From Desulfuromonadales bacterium (lineage in GTDB: Bacteria; Desulfobacterota; Desulfuromonadia; Desulfuromonadales; SZUA-540), in assembly GCA_033549025.1 (NCBI GenBank), contig JAWSUS010000002.1:160001-224000 (forward strand): 64,000 nt of DNA. Direction: 5' to 3'. Below, piece after piece: positions 19,569 through 30,094 of the stretch. Positions within the stretch are counted from its first letter, which is position 1, and each line of letters starts with the position of its first letter. A program made the translations under genes and the position numbers. A model generated the notes under the pieces. It made no database searches and was not told the DNA's origin. It was given only the letters and a program-made list of their open reading frames with translations.

Positions 19569-21881
19569 ATGGCGGCTCAAATCATCGGTTTCGACGAAAA
19601 AAAACAGCGCATTTCCACCCAGAAACTGCTGCAGCAGATCTATGCCTCCCTGGAGAAGGGCGAGACGGAGTTTGAAATCCTCTCCTCCGGGCATCACAAT
19701 ATCGGCGGTCCCCTGTGGACCGCGGACGGCACGCCCCTGCGGTTCAAGGTAAAAAACCCCGGTCAGCGCGTCGGCTCTTTTGGACTCGACGGGACCGAGA
19801 TCATCGTGGAAGGCTCGGCCCCCGCTGATGCCGGCTGGCTCAATGCCGGCGCCACGCTGGTCATCAAGGGGGATGGCGGTGACACCACGGCCCACTGCGC
19901 CGCCAGCGGCAAGATCTACGTGGCCGGCCGCGTCGGTACGCGTTCCGGCTCACTCATGAAGCACGACCCGGCCTATGAGCCCCCTGAATTTTGGATTTTG
20001 AAGAATACCGGCAGTTTTTCTTTCGAATTCATGGGAGGCGGCCTCGGCATTGTCTGCGGTATCGACTGTGAGGAGATGGACTCGGTTCTGGGTGATCGGG
20101 CCTGCATGGGCATGGTCGGCGGCACCATCTATGTACGCGGCCCCGTCCGCGGCCTTTCCGAGGATGTCTGGCTGCTCGACCTCGACGAGGCGGATCGCGC
20201 CTTTTTGAAAGCCGGTCTGCCGGTCTTTCTCGAAAAAGTCGACCGCCTTCATCGGCTGGAAACCCTGTCGGACTTTTCCACCTGGCGCAAGATTGTCGCC
20301 AAAACCTATGAAGAGAGGCAGGTACACCACCGCATCACCATGCGGGAGTTCCGCCAGCAGAAATGGGTGGAAGGCGGCATCTTCGGCGATGTGGTCAAAG
20401 ACGACTACCTGCATGTCGCCGGCCTGGTCAACAGCGGCGACGATCGTCTTAAAATCCCCCATTGGCAGGACAAAAAGTATGGTGCCCCCTGCCAGACTTC
20501 CTGCCCTTCGGCCATCCCCACCCAGGAACGCATCAAACTGCTGCGCCAGGGCAAGGTCAAAGAAGCCCTGGAACTGGTCCTGCACTATTCGCCCTTTCCG
20601 GCCAGCGTTTGTGGCGAGGTCTGTCCCAATCTGTGCATGGATGCCTGTACCCGCCAGTTTCTCGATCACCCGGTCGCCATGAAGGAACTGGGGCGCCTGT
20701 CGCTGGAAGCCGCGTCCCCCCGCCCCCAGGCAGACAGCGGCAAGTCCGTGGCCATCATCGGCGGTGGCCCGGGAGGACTTTCCGCCGCCTGGCAGCTGCG
20801 CCTGGCCGGTCATCAGGTCACGATCTACGAAGCTGACCAGGAGGTTGGCGGCAAGCTGCGCCAGGCTATCCCCTCGTCACGACTGCCGGAAAACTCCCTG
20901 AAAGCCGAGATCGAGCGGGTCAAAGACCTGGGGATCACCATCCACACCCATACGCGGGTCGATGCGAAAAAGTTTGAGGAGATCCGCCACAGCAGTGACG
21001 CCGTGGTCATCGCCAGCGGCGCGCACAATGCGGTCGTCATCCCCTTCCCGGGCCACGACCGTCTGGTCAAGGGCCTCGACTTCCTCAAGGAAATCAACGC
21101 CGGCCACCGTCCCGCCGTCGGTGAGAAGGTCGTGGTCATCGGAGCCGGCAACGCCGGTATGGACGTCTGCCTCGGCGCCTACGCCATGGGCGCCAAAAAA
21201 GTCACGGCCATCGACATCCAGCGCCCCGCCGCCTACAAGCATGAAATCGATGGCGTCAAAGCCCTTGGCGGCGAAATCCGCTGGCCCGTCTTCACCGAGA
21301 AAGTGGACGCCAAGGGATTGTGGACCAAGCATGGCGAACTGATCGAGGCCGATATGGTCATCATCGCCATCGGTGAGCGCCCTGACCTCTCCTATCTCCC
21401 CCGCGAATGGCTCACCGACCGGGGCATGATGGATGTGGACGCCTGCGGACAGGCGGTCAAAGCTCCCGGCGTGTTCGCCCTCGGCGACACCATCAAGCCA
21501 GGCCTGTTGACCCACGCCATCGGGCAAGGCGCCGATGTCGCCCGGATGATCCACGATTATCTGGCGGGCAAGGAGCTTACGCCCGTCAAAAAGCCGGAGG
21601 TCATCCCGCAGAGCTGTCTCTCCAAGGAGCTCTTCCGGCCCCAGAACCGCGGCCGTTTCTGCCTCACCGACGCCAAGGGCGAAACCGGCCGCTGTCTCTC
21701 CTGCGGCACCTGCCGCGACTGCTCCATGTGCCTGGAAGCCTGCCCTGAAGGGGCTATAAAACGGCTGGAGAAGGAGGACGGCTCCTTCGAATACCTATCG
21801 GACGACCACTACTGTATCGGCTGCGGCATCTGCGCCGGTATCTGCCCTTGCGGCATCTGGGCCATGGAACAGGTCGTCTGA
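19569..21881 (+). CDS. GXGXG (GltB3-like) domain fused to a GltD/DsrL-like FAD/NAD Fe-S oxidoreductase with a C-terminal ferredoxin
   Basis: N-terminal GXGXG beta-helix (FEFMGGG, GMVGGTIY), PCQTSCP, CGEVCPNLCMDAC, GGGPGG, GAGNAG; C-terminal CLSCGTCRDCSMCLEACP and CIGCGICAGICP. Confidence 0.85.
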   Translation: MAAQIIGFDEKKQRISTQKLLQQIYASLEKGETEFEILSSGHHNIGGPLWTADGTPLRFKVKNPGQRVGSFGLDGTEIIVEGSAPADAGWLNAGATLVIKGDGGDTTAHCAASGKIYVAGRVGTRSGSLMKHDPAYEPPEFWILKNTGSFSFEFMGGGLGIVCGIDCEEMDSVLGDRACMGMVGGTIYVRGPVRGLSEDVWLLDLDEADRAFLKAGLPVFLEKVDRLHRLETLSDFSTWRKIVAKTYEERQVHHRITMREFRQQKWVEGGIFGDVVKDDYLHVAGLVNSGDDRLKIPHWQDKKYGAPCQTSCPSAIPTQERIKLLRQGKVKEALELVLHYSPFPASVCGEVCPNLCMDACTRQFLDHPVAMKELGRLSLEAASPRPQADSGKSVAIIGGGPGGLSAAWQLRLAGHQVTIYEADQEVGGKLRQAIPSSRLPENSLKAEIERVKDLGITIHTHTRVDAKKFEEIRHSSDAVVIASGAHNAVVIPFPGHDRLVKGLDFLKEINAGHRPAVGEKVVVIGAGNAGMDVCLGAYAMGAKKVTAIDIQRPAAYKHEIDGVKALGGEIRWPVFTEKVDAKGLWTKHGELIEADMVIIAIGERPDLSYLPREWLTDRGMMDVDACGQAVKAPGVFALGDTIKPGLLTHAIGQGADVARMIHDYLAGKELTPVKKPEVIPQSCLSKELFRPQNRGRFCLTDAKGETGRCLSCGTCRDCSMCLEACPEGAIKRLEKEDGSFEYLSDDHYCIGCGICAGICPCGIWAMEQVV

Positions 21882-21890
21882 CGCTCGCCC

Positions 21891-21932
21891 TTGCGGCTCC
21901 CGGGGCCAACCATCCATCCCCGGGAGCCGCAA
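21891..21932. terminator. Perfect 15-bp stem-loop after the glutamate synthase operon (possible terminator or stabiliser)
   Basis: TTGCGGCTCCCGGGG-N12-CCCCGGGAGCCGCAA, with no clear U tail. Confidence 0.5.
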
Positions 21933-22103
21933 CCCTCCTTAAAACGCTTCTGATTTCCCACCCAAATCTCTGTCTTTGCACGCGGCCTTTCCCGCAAAAA
22001 CCTTGACCGCACGAGGTTTTTGCCTTAATTATTGTACTGTGCGCCGGCAGAAAAGGCTCTTTTTCCTGCCATCAAACGGCCGATGCGAAACCGACGGAGT
22101 TTC

Positions 22104-24230
22104 ATGACCAATACCCTGCCCTTACGAAAACCCCTGATTCTTGTGGTCGATGATGCGGCGGTCATGCGGGAATTCTGTCGCCAGGTGCTGACCGAAGCCG
22201 GTTTCGACGTGGCCCTGGCGGAAGGGGGAGAGGAGGCTCTCGAACTCTTCGCCCTGCTCAAGCCCGACCTGGTGCTGCTCGACGTGGTCATGCCGGGCAT
22301 GGACGGCTTTGCCGTCTGCAGCGCGCTGCGCCAGGTTCCCCACGGCGCCGGCATCCCCATCATCATGGTAACAGGCCTGGACGACCCCGAGTCCATTCAG
22401 AATGCCTTCGAAATCGGCGCCACCGATTTTATCACCAAGCCAATCAACGAAATTGTGTTGGCCAATCGTACCCGCTATGTCCTGCGGGCCAACAAGGCCT
22501 TTTCCGACCTCGCCGAAAACAAAACGCGACTGGCCACCGCTCAGCGCATCGCCCGTCTCGGCTACTGGGAGCTCTCGTCGGAGGAGAATCTCTTCCGGTT
22601 GTCGGCCGAAGCCAGTTGCCTGCTGGGATTGGGACTTTCTTCCATGGAAGTCAATTACGGCGACTTTTTCAGCCATATTCACCCGGATGACCAGATACGG
22701 GTCAAGGAAGTCTTCCGATCGTCCCTCACGGCGCGCACCCCCTTCAGCCTTCACTACAAGGCGCTCCTGCCCCAGGGGCACGAACGCATCATTTTCAGCC
22801 AGGGCGAGTTCTCGCACGAGGGGGAAAAAGACAGCTTGCCGCTGATTGGCATCATCCAAGATGTCTCCGCCTTCAAGCAGGCGGAAGAGCAGATCCGTAT
22901 GCTGGCCTTTTACGATAGCCTGACCGGCCTGGCCAACCGGTTGCTTTTCAAGGACCGCTGCGAGCAGGCGCTATCCTATGCCGCTCGCCAGGACCGTCAT
23001 GCGGCGTTGCTCTACCTCGACCTCGACCGTTTCAAGCGCATTAACGACACCTTCGGCCACTCCATCGGCGATCTCCTGCTGCAGGAAGTGGCCAAACGGC
23101 TCAACCACTGCCTGCGCCGGACAGATACCGCCTCGTTCATCGGCGCGGCCAGCCTCGATTCCTGCGTTTCGCGCCTAGGCGGCGATGAATTTTCCATCCT
23201 CCTCGGCGACCTGGGCAGTCCCCGCGATGCGGCGAAAATCGCCCGGCGCCTCATTGCCGCCGTCTCCCAGCCCCTTCACCTTGAAGGCTTCGAATTGTGC
23301 GTCACCACCAGTATCGGCATCAGTCTTTTTCCCGCCGACGGCAACACGGTCGACACCCTGCTTAAAAACGCCGATACCGCCATGTATTATGCCAAGGACC
23401 ATGGACGGGACAACTTCCAGTTTTATCAGGAGTCGATGAATGCCTCGGCCCTTGAGCGCCTGGGCCTTGAACGGGACATCCGCAAGGCCCTGGAAAGAAA
23501 CGAATTTGTACTCTATTTTCAGCCTCAGCTGAACTGCGATACCGGTGAGGTGGTTGGCGGCGAGGCCCTGATCCGCTGGAATCACCCCGAACGGGGACTC
23601 ATCTATCCCGACGAGTTTATCCCTGTCGCCGAAGACTCGGGCCTGATCGTCGCCATCAACGAATGGGTGCTACGGGCCGCCTGCCAGCAGAGCAAAGACT
23701 GGGCCGAGATCGGCTATGGCCGCATACGCATCGCCGTCAATCTGTCCGGCCGGAATACGACCATCCTGCAGATCGCCGAAACGGTGACCCGCGCCTTGCG
23801 CGAAAGCTGTCTTGACAACCACCGCCTGGAGCTGGAAATCACTGAAAGCACGATCATGCAGAAAGAAGAGGAGACTACCGCCGCCCTGCACATGCTCAAG
23901 GACATGGGGATGCAGATCGCCATCGACGACTTCGGCACCGGCTACTCTTCCCTGAGCTATCTGAAGAACTTTCCCATCGACACCCTCAAAATCGACCGCT
24001 CCTTTATCACCGACCTCTCTGCCGGCAACAAGAACGCCGCCATTATCAAGTCGATTATTACCATGGCCCACAGCCTGGAACTCAACGTAGTCGCCGAGGG
24101 CGTGGAAAACCAGGGGCAGCTCGCCTTTTTGCGCAAGCTCGGCTGTAACGAGATCCAGGGATTCCTCTTCAGCGGCGCCGTTCCCGCCGACATTTTCGTC
24201 GGGCTGCTCAAGCGGGATCACGTCTGGTAG
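22104..24230 (+). CDS. REC-PAS-GGDEF-EAL diguanylate cyclase/phosphodiesterase
   Basis: REC (VVDD, LLDVVMP, KP), PAS, DLDRFK..NDTFGH, RLGGDEF, EALIRW, ELEITES, DDFGTGYSSL, KIDRSF. Confidence 0.93.
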   Translation: MTNTLPLRKPLILVVDDAAVMREFCRQVLTEAGFDVALAEGGEEALELFALLKPDLVLLDVVMPGMDGFAVCSALRQVPHGAGIPIIMVTGLDDPESIQNAFEIGATDFITKPINEIVLANRTRYVLRANKAFSDLAENKTRLATAQRIARLGYWELSSEENLFRLSAEASCLLGLGLSSMEVNYGDFFSHIHPDDQIRVKEVFRSSLTARTPFSLHYKALLPQGHERIIFSQGEFSHEGEKDSLPLIGIIQDVSAFKQAEEQIRMLAFYDSLTGLANRLLFKDRCEQALSYAARQDRHAALLYLDLDRFKRINDTFGHSIGDLLLQEVAKRLNHCLRRTDTASFIGAASLDSCVSRLGGDEFSILLGDLGSPRDAAKIARRLIAAVSQPLHLEGFELCVTTSIGISLFPADGNTVDTLLKNADTAMYYAKDHGRDNFQFYQESMNASALERLGLERDIRKALERNEFVLYFQPQLNCDTGEVVGGEALIRWNHPERGLIYPDEFIPVAEDSGLIVAINEWVLRAACQQSKDWAEIGYGRIRIAVNLSGRNTTILQIAETVTRALRESCLDNHRLELEITESTIMQKEEETTAALHMLKDMGMQIAIDDFGTGYSSLSYLKNFPIDTLKIDRSFITDLSAGNKNAAIIKSIITMAHSLELNVVAEGVENQGQLAFLRKLGCNEIQGFLFSGAVPADIFVGLLKRDHVW

Positions 24231-24310
24231 CGGACGCATTTTCCCCTTGATCCCTCCATCCCCTCTCTGTTTTAATCCTGGGGCGTATCCCGCCATAACA
24301 TCGACTTTTC

Positions 24311-25129
24311 TTGAGCACGGAGATCCTCTTGCCCGTTTTGGAAGATAAACTTTTTCAGCGCATCAAAAAGCTCACCGGTCAGGCCATCGGCGACTTCAAT
24401 CTCATCGAGGACGGTGATCGCATCCTCGTCGGTGTCTCGGGAGGGAAGGACTCCTACACGCTGCTGCACATTCTCGACCGCCTGCGCCGCCGCGCCCCCA
24501 TCCGCTATGAGCTCGTGCCCGTCACCGTCGATTCCGGCTACCCCGGTTTCCGCACGGACATCATCGCCGAGCACCTGCGCGAACACGGCTTTGCCGACCG
24601 CGTGGAGAATACGGACTGTTACCGCATCATCACGGAAAAAAGGCGGCCCGGCTCTTCTTTCTGCGCCTTCTGCGCCCGTCTGCGCCGCGGCGTGCTGTAC
24701 AGCGTGGCGGACGAACTCGGCTGCAACAAGCTGGCGCTGGGACACCATCTCGACGACGTCATCGAGACCCTGCTGTTAAACCAGTTCTACATCGGCACCT
24801 TGGGGGCCATGAGCCCCAAGCTGCTGGCCGACAACGGCCGTCACACGGTCATCCGCCCCCTCGTCTACGTCCCCGAAGCTGACATCGTCGAATTCGCCCG
24901 GCAAAACGCTTTCCCGCTCGTGTGCTGCTCCTGCCCGGCCCATGCCCGTCAGGACCAGAAACGCCAGCGCATGAAAAAGCTGATCAGCGATCTTTCCATC
25001 GAGATCCCCCATATCCGTCAGAGCATGATTGGCGCTCTCGCCAACGTCCAGCCTCGCCACCTGCTCGACCGCCAGCTGAAGGATTTTGGGACCGTGGAAA
25101 AATCGGCAAAGTCCGGTAAAGTGGACTGA
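24311..25129 (+). CDS. ttcA: tRNA 2-thiocytidine(32) synthetase
   Basis: PP-loop SGGKDS, CAFC..LRRG, LGHHLDD, IRPL, CCSC. Confidence 0.9.
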   Translation: MSTEILLPVLEDKLFQRIKKLTGQAIGDFNLIEDGDRILVGVSGGKDSYTLLHILDRLRRRAPIRYELVPVTVDSGYPGFRTDIIAEHLREHGFADRVENTDCYRIITEKRRPGSSFCAFCARLRRGVLYSVADELGCNKLALGHHLDDVIETLLLNQFYIGTLGAMSPKLLADNGRHTVIRPLVYVPEADIVEFARQNAFPLVCCSCPAHARQDQKRQRMKKLISDLSIEIPHIRQSMIGALANVQPRHLLDRQLKDFGTVEKSAKSGKVD

Positions 25130-25197
25130 AAAGGCCAACAGGGAGCCATTCAGGCTCACTGTGCCGGATCACCGCCCCTTTTCGAAACGATCGTACG

Positions 25198-25848
25198 ATG
25201 CTGACAGATGCCATTCGCCCGACTTCGGCCGCCAAAACCGTCTTTCTCGATCTGCCGCAGGCATCCCTGCATAAAGTGCTGCGCAGCCTGCTGCGACAGT
25301 GGCACTTTGACCTGACCGAGTCCTCCACAAAGGCGGGCCTGCACCTCACCGCCCCCTCACCCCACCAGCTGACCCTCCATGGGCCAGCCGGTCTTTTGAC
25401 CTCTCTGCCCTTCCCCCTGCGCATTGAAGAGCTGTGGCGGGCCGTCGAAGGGCCTTTTTATCCTTTTCCGCGCGCCCACATCCGCCTGAACCTGGAGCAG
25501 GCCCTTCTGCTGCACCTGCGGGGCCAATACGAGGAAACGAGCCTGTCCAGTCTTTCGGACCGTGGCATGCGTTGTTTCTGCAAGCGGGAGCTGGTCCCGG
25601 AGGAAGAGTTGGAAGTCGAGATGGAGCTTGAGAGGGAGGTCCTGCGATTGAAGGGAACGGTCATCTATGCGCAGAGTCGCACCGACTGCTGGGAAACAGG
25701 GGTTGTTTTTCAGCACATCACCCCGGCTGAGCGCCTGCGGGTGCGAAACTTCATCGTCCGCACCCTGCTGACACGAGCGCGGTCCGAGGTGGGGGAAGAC
25801 TCTTTCCACGAGGCGAGCGAGTTCTTTTACCTGCCCGCGCCGGGCTGA
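25198..25848 (+). CDS. PilZ-domain protein
   Basis: RAHIR (RxxxR) and SLSDRG (variant of D/NxSxxG), followed by a beta-barrel-like segment ending in GVVF. Confidence 0.65.
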   Translation: MLTDAIRPTSAAKTVFLDLPQASLHKVLRSLLRQWHFDLTESSTKAGLHLTAPSPHQLTLHGPAGLLTSLPFPLRIEELWRAVEGPFYPFPRAHIRLNLEQALLLHLRGQYEETSLSSLSDRGMRCFCKRELVPEEELEVEMELEREVLRLKGTVIYAQSRTDCWETGVVFQHITPAERLRVRNFIVRTLLTRARSEVGEDSFHEASEFFYLPAPG

Positions 25849-25855
25849 ACGGCAC

Positions 25856-28800
25856 CTAGTCGGTGCACAGCAGCCGGGAGAAGACCTCGCGGATGTTTTC
25901 CGTGGTGCAATGATACTCTTCGAGGAAGACCTCATCGGGACGGCGGGGGCGCTCGGGATAACCCAGACGCCGGGCCAGCTTGAGCAGATATACGCGGTCG
26001 CTGGACAGCTCGCTGATCGACTGATCGTGCACCAGGCGTAATTTGTTTTCCAGGCGACGCAAGAACTTGTAACCGCTATCCAGCGCATCGAAGTCGTCAT
26101 CGGACAGCTTCTTGTGTCCATGAAGCACCTCGAGGGCCTTCAGGGTATTGGTTACCCTCAGCGCCTGGATGCGACCGCCATGCCGCAACTGCAGATACTG
26201 GGCGATGAACTCCACATCTACCAGCCCGCCCCGGCCGGTCTTGATGTTGAACCGACTGGCGCCTTCGCGGGCGATTTCACTCTCCATACGATTGCGCAGC
26301 CGGCAGATCTCCTCCCGCAATTCCCCGGGCAAGGGTCTTTCATAGACGATATGCTCGGTGACCTTGGTGATGCGGCGGGCCAGCGTCTCGGGGCCGACCA
26401 CCACCCGGGCCTTGGTCAGGGCCTGGCGCTCCCAGATCTGGGCTGAAGACTGATGGTAGCGCTCATAGGCTGACAGGCTCGTCACCAGCGGGCCCTGATT
26501 TCCCGAGGGCCGCAGCCGGGTATCGATCTGATAGACATAGCCCTCACGGGTCATGAGGGTCAGTACGGAAATGATGCGCTGGGCCAGACGGGCGAAATAT
26601 TCCTGGTTGCTCTGCGGGCGAAAACGGTCGGGTTCCGTCCCCTCCACCGGCCGCGTCTGCCCTTCGCCCTCATAAATGAAGATGATGTCGAGATCCGAGT
26701 GGTAGTTCAGCTCCATCCCCCCCAGCTTACCCATACCGACAACGGCAAAAGCCGCTTCATGCACTTCTCCCTGTTCGTCGGCGCAAAACGGCAGCCCGAA
26801 GCGGGGGATGAGTTCGGCCCGGCTGATGCGATAGGCCTTTTTCAGGCAGATGTCCGCCAGCTGGGACAACTGCAGCGTGCCTTCCCCCTGGGGCGTCTTG
26901 CCGTAGATGTCGTTCAGAGCGATGCGCAGCATTTCCTCGTTGCGGAAGCGTCGCAACACATCGAGCTTGTCCTCGTAGTGCGGCGCCGTCTGCATCAGCG
27001 AGGTCAGGTCTTTCTCCATGTCCTCGGGCGGCTTGAAAGAGACGGCATAGGAGCGGGAGACGAGGGAATCGAGGATTTCCGGGTGCTGGATAAAAATACG
27101 GGAGAGGAACTGGCTGGTACCGAAAAGAGAGATGAGGACGCGGATGATCTCCCGATTCTCGGCCAGTAGCGCGAAAAAGGTGCCGCGGGCCCGCAGCGCC
27201 CCGAGGAAGCGCTCGAGATTGAGCAGAGCCATATCGGGCTCGGGGGAGTCGAGTCCCTCCTGCATGAGCAGGGGCGCGATGCGTTCCAGCTGCCGGCGGG
27301 CCTTCTGGGTCAGATGGGCGTGGGGCGGGCCATCCCGTAAAACCAGGAGGACCTCGTAAGCGGCATCGGGGTTTGTGCAGCCTTTCGATTCCAGAATATC
27401 CTTGACGTAATCAACGTCGGCGGCCGGGTCAAAAAGAAATCTGATTTCCGGGCGCACCTCTTCGCGAATCTCCTCTTCCGAGGTGTAGAAGAGGTCGAGA
27501 TAGATGGCTTCCACCGCCTGACGGTGCTCTTCGAGGCAGCGGGAAAAAGCCCCTGCATCCGGAAAACCGCAGCGCCTGGCCAGACTTTCGAGTTCCCGCC
27601 TGTCGACGGGCAGCGAATGCGTCTGCCGCTCCTGCACCACCTGGATGCGATGCTCCACCGTGCGCAGAAAAATATAGGCGCCGGTCAGCACCTGGTAGTC
27701 GGCCTCCTCGATCAACCCTTCCTTATGCAGCACGGTGAGGGCCCGCAGGGAGTTCTTCTCGCGCAGAGCCATATTTTTGCCGGCATAAATCAGCTGCAGA
27801 GCCTGGATGAAAAACTCGATTTCGCGGATGCCGCCGCGCCCCAGCTTCAGGTTGAGCTCCCCCTCCTGTTCGCGCGTGAGGCTCTGGTTGATCTTCTGCT
27901 TCATGGTCTTGATGTCCTCGACCATGGCGTAATCGAGATAGCGGCGATAGATGAAGGGCTCCAGATTCCGCAGCAGGCGCTCCCCCAGGGCGATGGACCC
28001 CGCCACCGGGCGGGCCTTGAGCATGGCGGCCCGCTCCCAGCTCTGCCCCCAGCTTTCGTAATAGACCTCGGCGCTGCGCAGGGAGTTGGCCATCTCGCCG
28101 CTGTTCCCTTCGGGCCGCAGGCGCAGGTCGACGCGGAAGACAAAGCCATCGGCCGTCACCTCGCCGATGGCCCGGGTGATCATCTCGGAGAGTTTGACAA
28201 AGTATTGGTGCAGATGAAGGCTGTTCTTGCGACCGCCACGCCCATCGTCGATGCCGGTGGTGCGGCCCCGTTCGGAAGAGTAGAAGTAGATGATATCGAT
28301 ATCGGAAGAGAAGTTGAGCTCGCGCCCGCCGAACTTGCCCATGCCGAGGATGGTGAATTCCGGCTCCATCGGGCAGGTCCCGTCGGGGGCGTCGAGGAGA
28401 GGCGTGCCGCATTCTTGCCGCAGCAGATGGTCACAGACTTCATAGGCGCGCTGCAGGGTCGCCGCCGCCAGGGCGGAGAGTTCGGCGGTGACCTCCTGCA
28501 GGTTGGCCAGACCGCAAAGATCCCGACTGCCAATGCGCAGAACCTCGCGGGCCTTGTACTGGCGCAGTCCCCGCTGCAGATCGTCAAATGAGGCGTCGGC
28601 GGCGAGGCGCTGCCGCAGCTCGTCGAGCATGGCCGCCTCGTCCTTGGCCCGATCAAACTCACCGCCGGCAAAAAGGTCGTGAAAATAGATGGCTTTGCGG
28701 CAGAGAATCGCCGTCAGAAAAAACGATGCCCCCACCAGGGTCAAAAAGCGCCGCCGCTGAACGGGGTCGCGCATGACCGCCAGAAAGGCATCGCGGGGCA

Positions 28801-29041
28801 GAGTATCGGCCAGGCGCTCGCTGCCGTTGAGACATTGGTCGGGATCGGCGCTGTCGAGGGCTTCGGCCACCACATCCGCCAGCAGGGCGGGATCGTCCAG
28901 CAGCTGCCCCAACAGCCGCAGATTGGTGGCGCTCTTTTTTGGCTCGGCAAAACCGAGCTCCGCCGCCAAGACCTGCAGCGCGGCAGGACCCTTTTCCCGA
29001 TCGATCTCCCCAAGGCGGCGTCTCAACCCGGCAGGATCCAT
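25856..29041 (-). CDS. glnE: Bifunctional glutamine synthetase adenylyltransferase/adenylyl-removing enzyme
   Basis: Two nucleotidyltransferase domains (GMGKFGGRELNFSSDID and GMGKLGGMELNYHSDLD), RVDLRLRPEG, KLGRGGIREIEF. Confidence 0.96.
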   Translation of the reverse strand: MDPAGLRRRLGEIDREKGPAALQVLAAELGFAEPKKSATNLRLLGQLLDDPALLADVVAEALDSADPDQCLNGSERLADTLPRDAFLAVMRDPVQRRRFLTLVGASFFLTAILCRKAIYFHDLFAGGEFDRAKDEAAMLDELRQRLAADASFDDLQRGLRQYKAREVLRIGSRDLCGLANLQEVTAELSALAAATLQRAYEVCDHLLRQECGTPLLDAPDGTCPMEPEFTILGMGKFGGRELNFSSDIDIIYFYSSERGRTTGIDDGRGGRKNSLHLHQYFVKLSEMITRAIGEVTADGFVFRVDLRLRPEGNSGEMANSLRSAEVYYESWGQSWERAAMLKARPVAGSIALGERLLRNLEPFIYRRYLDYAMVEDIKTMKQKINQSLTREQEGELNLKLGRGGIREIEFFIQALQLIYAGKNMALREKNSLRALTVLHKEGLIEEADYQVLTGAYIFLRTVEHRIQVVQERQTHSLPVDRRELESLARRCGFPDAGAFSRCLEEHRQAVEAIYLDLFYTSEEEIREEVRPEIRFLFDPAADVDYVKDILESKGCTNPDAAYEVLLVLRDGPPHAHLTQKARRQLERIAPLLMQEGLDSPEPDMALLNLERFLGALRARGTFFALLAENREIIRVLISLFGTSQFLSRIFIQHPEILDSLVSRSYAVSFKPPEDMEKDLTSLMQTAPHYEDKLDVLRRFRNEEMLRIALNDIYGKTPQGEGTLQLSQLADICLKKAYRISRAELIPRFGLPFCADEQGEVHEAAFAVVGMGKLGGMELNYHSDLDIIFIYEGEGQTRPVEGTEPDRFRPQSNQEYFARLAQRIISVLTLMTREGYVYQIDTRLRPSGNQGPLVTSLSAYERYHQSSAQIWERQALTKARVVVGPETLARRITKVTEHIVYERPLPGELREEICRLRNRMESEIAREGASRFNIKTGRGGLVDVEFIAQYLQLRHGGRIQALRVTNTLKALEVLHGHKKLSDDDFDALDSGYKFLRRLENKLRLVHDQSISELSSDRVYLLKLARRLGYPERPRRPDEVFLEEYHCTTENIREVFSRLLCTD

Positions 29042-30085
29042 CTAGTTCCCCTGAGCCAGCGCCCGCAAGCCCCGCAGATAATCGCCTTTGACCACGCCGC
29101 GTTCGGTGATAATCGCCGTGATCAAGCGGGCCGGGGTCACATCGAAGGCCGGATTGCGTACGTCGATACCCTCCGGGGCCAGCTGCTTGTCGCCGACGTG
29201 CGTCACCTCGCGGCGGTCCCGCTCCTCGATGGGAATCAGGCTGCCGTCGGCCAGGCTCAGGTCGAGGGTGGATATCGGCGCCGCCACATAGAAGGGCAGT
29301 CCGTGCTCGCGAGCGAGCACCGCCACCGTATAGGTGCCGATCTTGTTGGCCGTGTCGCCGTTGGCGGCAATACGATCGGCGCCGACGATGACACAGTCGA
29401 TCTCCCCGCGGCTCATGAGGTAGCCCGCCATGTTGTCACAGATGAGAGTCACCGGGATGCCGTCCTTGTGCAGTTCCCAGGCGGTCAGGCGGGAGCCTTG
29501 CAGAAAGGGACGGGTCTCGTCGGCGTAAACGCGGTTTACCTTGCCGGCGGCGGCCGCCGCCCGGATTACCCCCAGAGCCGTACCATAACCCCCGGTCGCC
29601 AGAGCACCGGCATTGCAGTGGGTGAGAATTCGCGCCCCGGCCGGAATGAGGGGTTCGCCGTGGGCGCCCATGGTCCGGTTGATCTCTTCGTCTTCGCGGC
29701 CGATCTCCTGAGCCTCCGCCAGCAACAGACGCTTGACCTCGGCCAGGCTCTGCTCCTGATGACGGGCGGCGCAGGCCTTCATGCGGTCGAGGGCCCAGAA
29801 GAGGTTGACGGCGGTCGGCCGGGTAGCGGCCAGCTCGGCGCACACCTGCTCCCATTCCCGGAAAAAGTCCTCGAACCCTACCGTCTCGATGTCCCGGGCC
29901 CCGAAGGCCGCCCCGAAGGCCGCCGCCACGCCAATAGCCGGCGCCCCGCGTACCACCATGGTCTTGATCGCCTCGGCGACCCCCTGGTAATCGGTGTATT
30001 CGAGCCAGACTTCCTCGGTGGGCAGCAGGCGCTGATCGATCATGCGCAGGCGGCCGTCCTTGAATTCAATCGGTTTGATGGACAT
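29042..30085 (-). CDS. mtnA: S-methyl-5-thioribose-1-phosphate isomerase
   Basis: [55 protein letters not shown]. Confidence 0.95.
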   Translation of the reverse strand: MSIKPIEFKDGRLRMIDQRLLPTEEVWLEYTDYQGVAEAIKTMVVRGAPAIGVAAAFGAAFGARDIETVGFEDFFREWEQVCAELAATRPTAVNLFWALDRMKACAARHQEQSLAEVKRLLLAEAQEIGREDEEINRTMGAHGEPLIPAGARILTHCNAGALATGGYGTALGVIRAAAAAGKVNRVYADETRPFLQGSRLTAWELHKDGIPVTLICDNMAGYLMSRGEIDCVIVGADRIAANGDTANKIGTYTVAVLAREHGLPFYVAAPISTLDLSLADGSLIPIEERDRREVTHVGDKQLAPEGIDVRNPAFDVTPARLITAIITERGVVKGDYLRGLRALAQGN

Positions 30086-30094
30086 GAGCACTCC

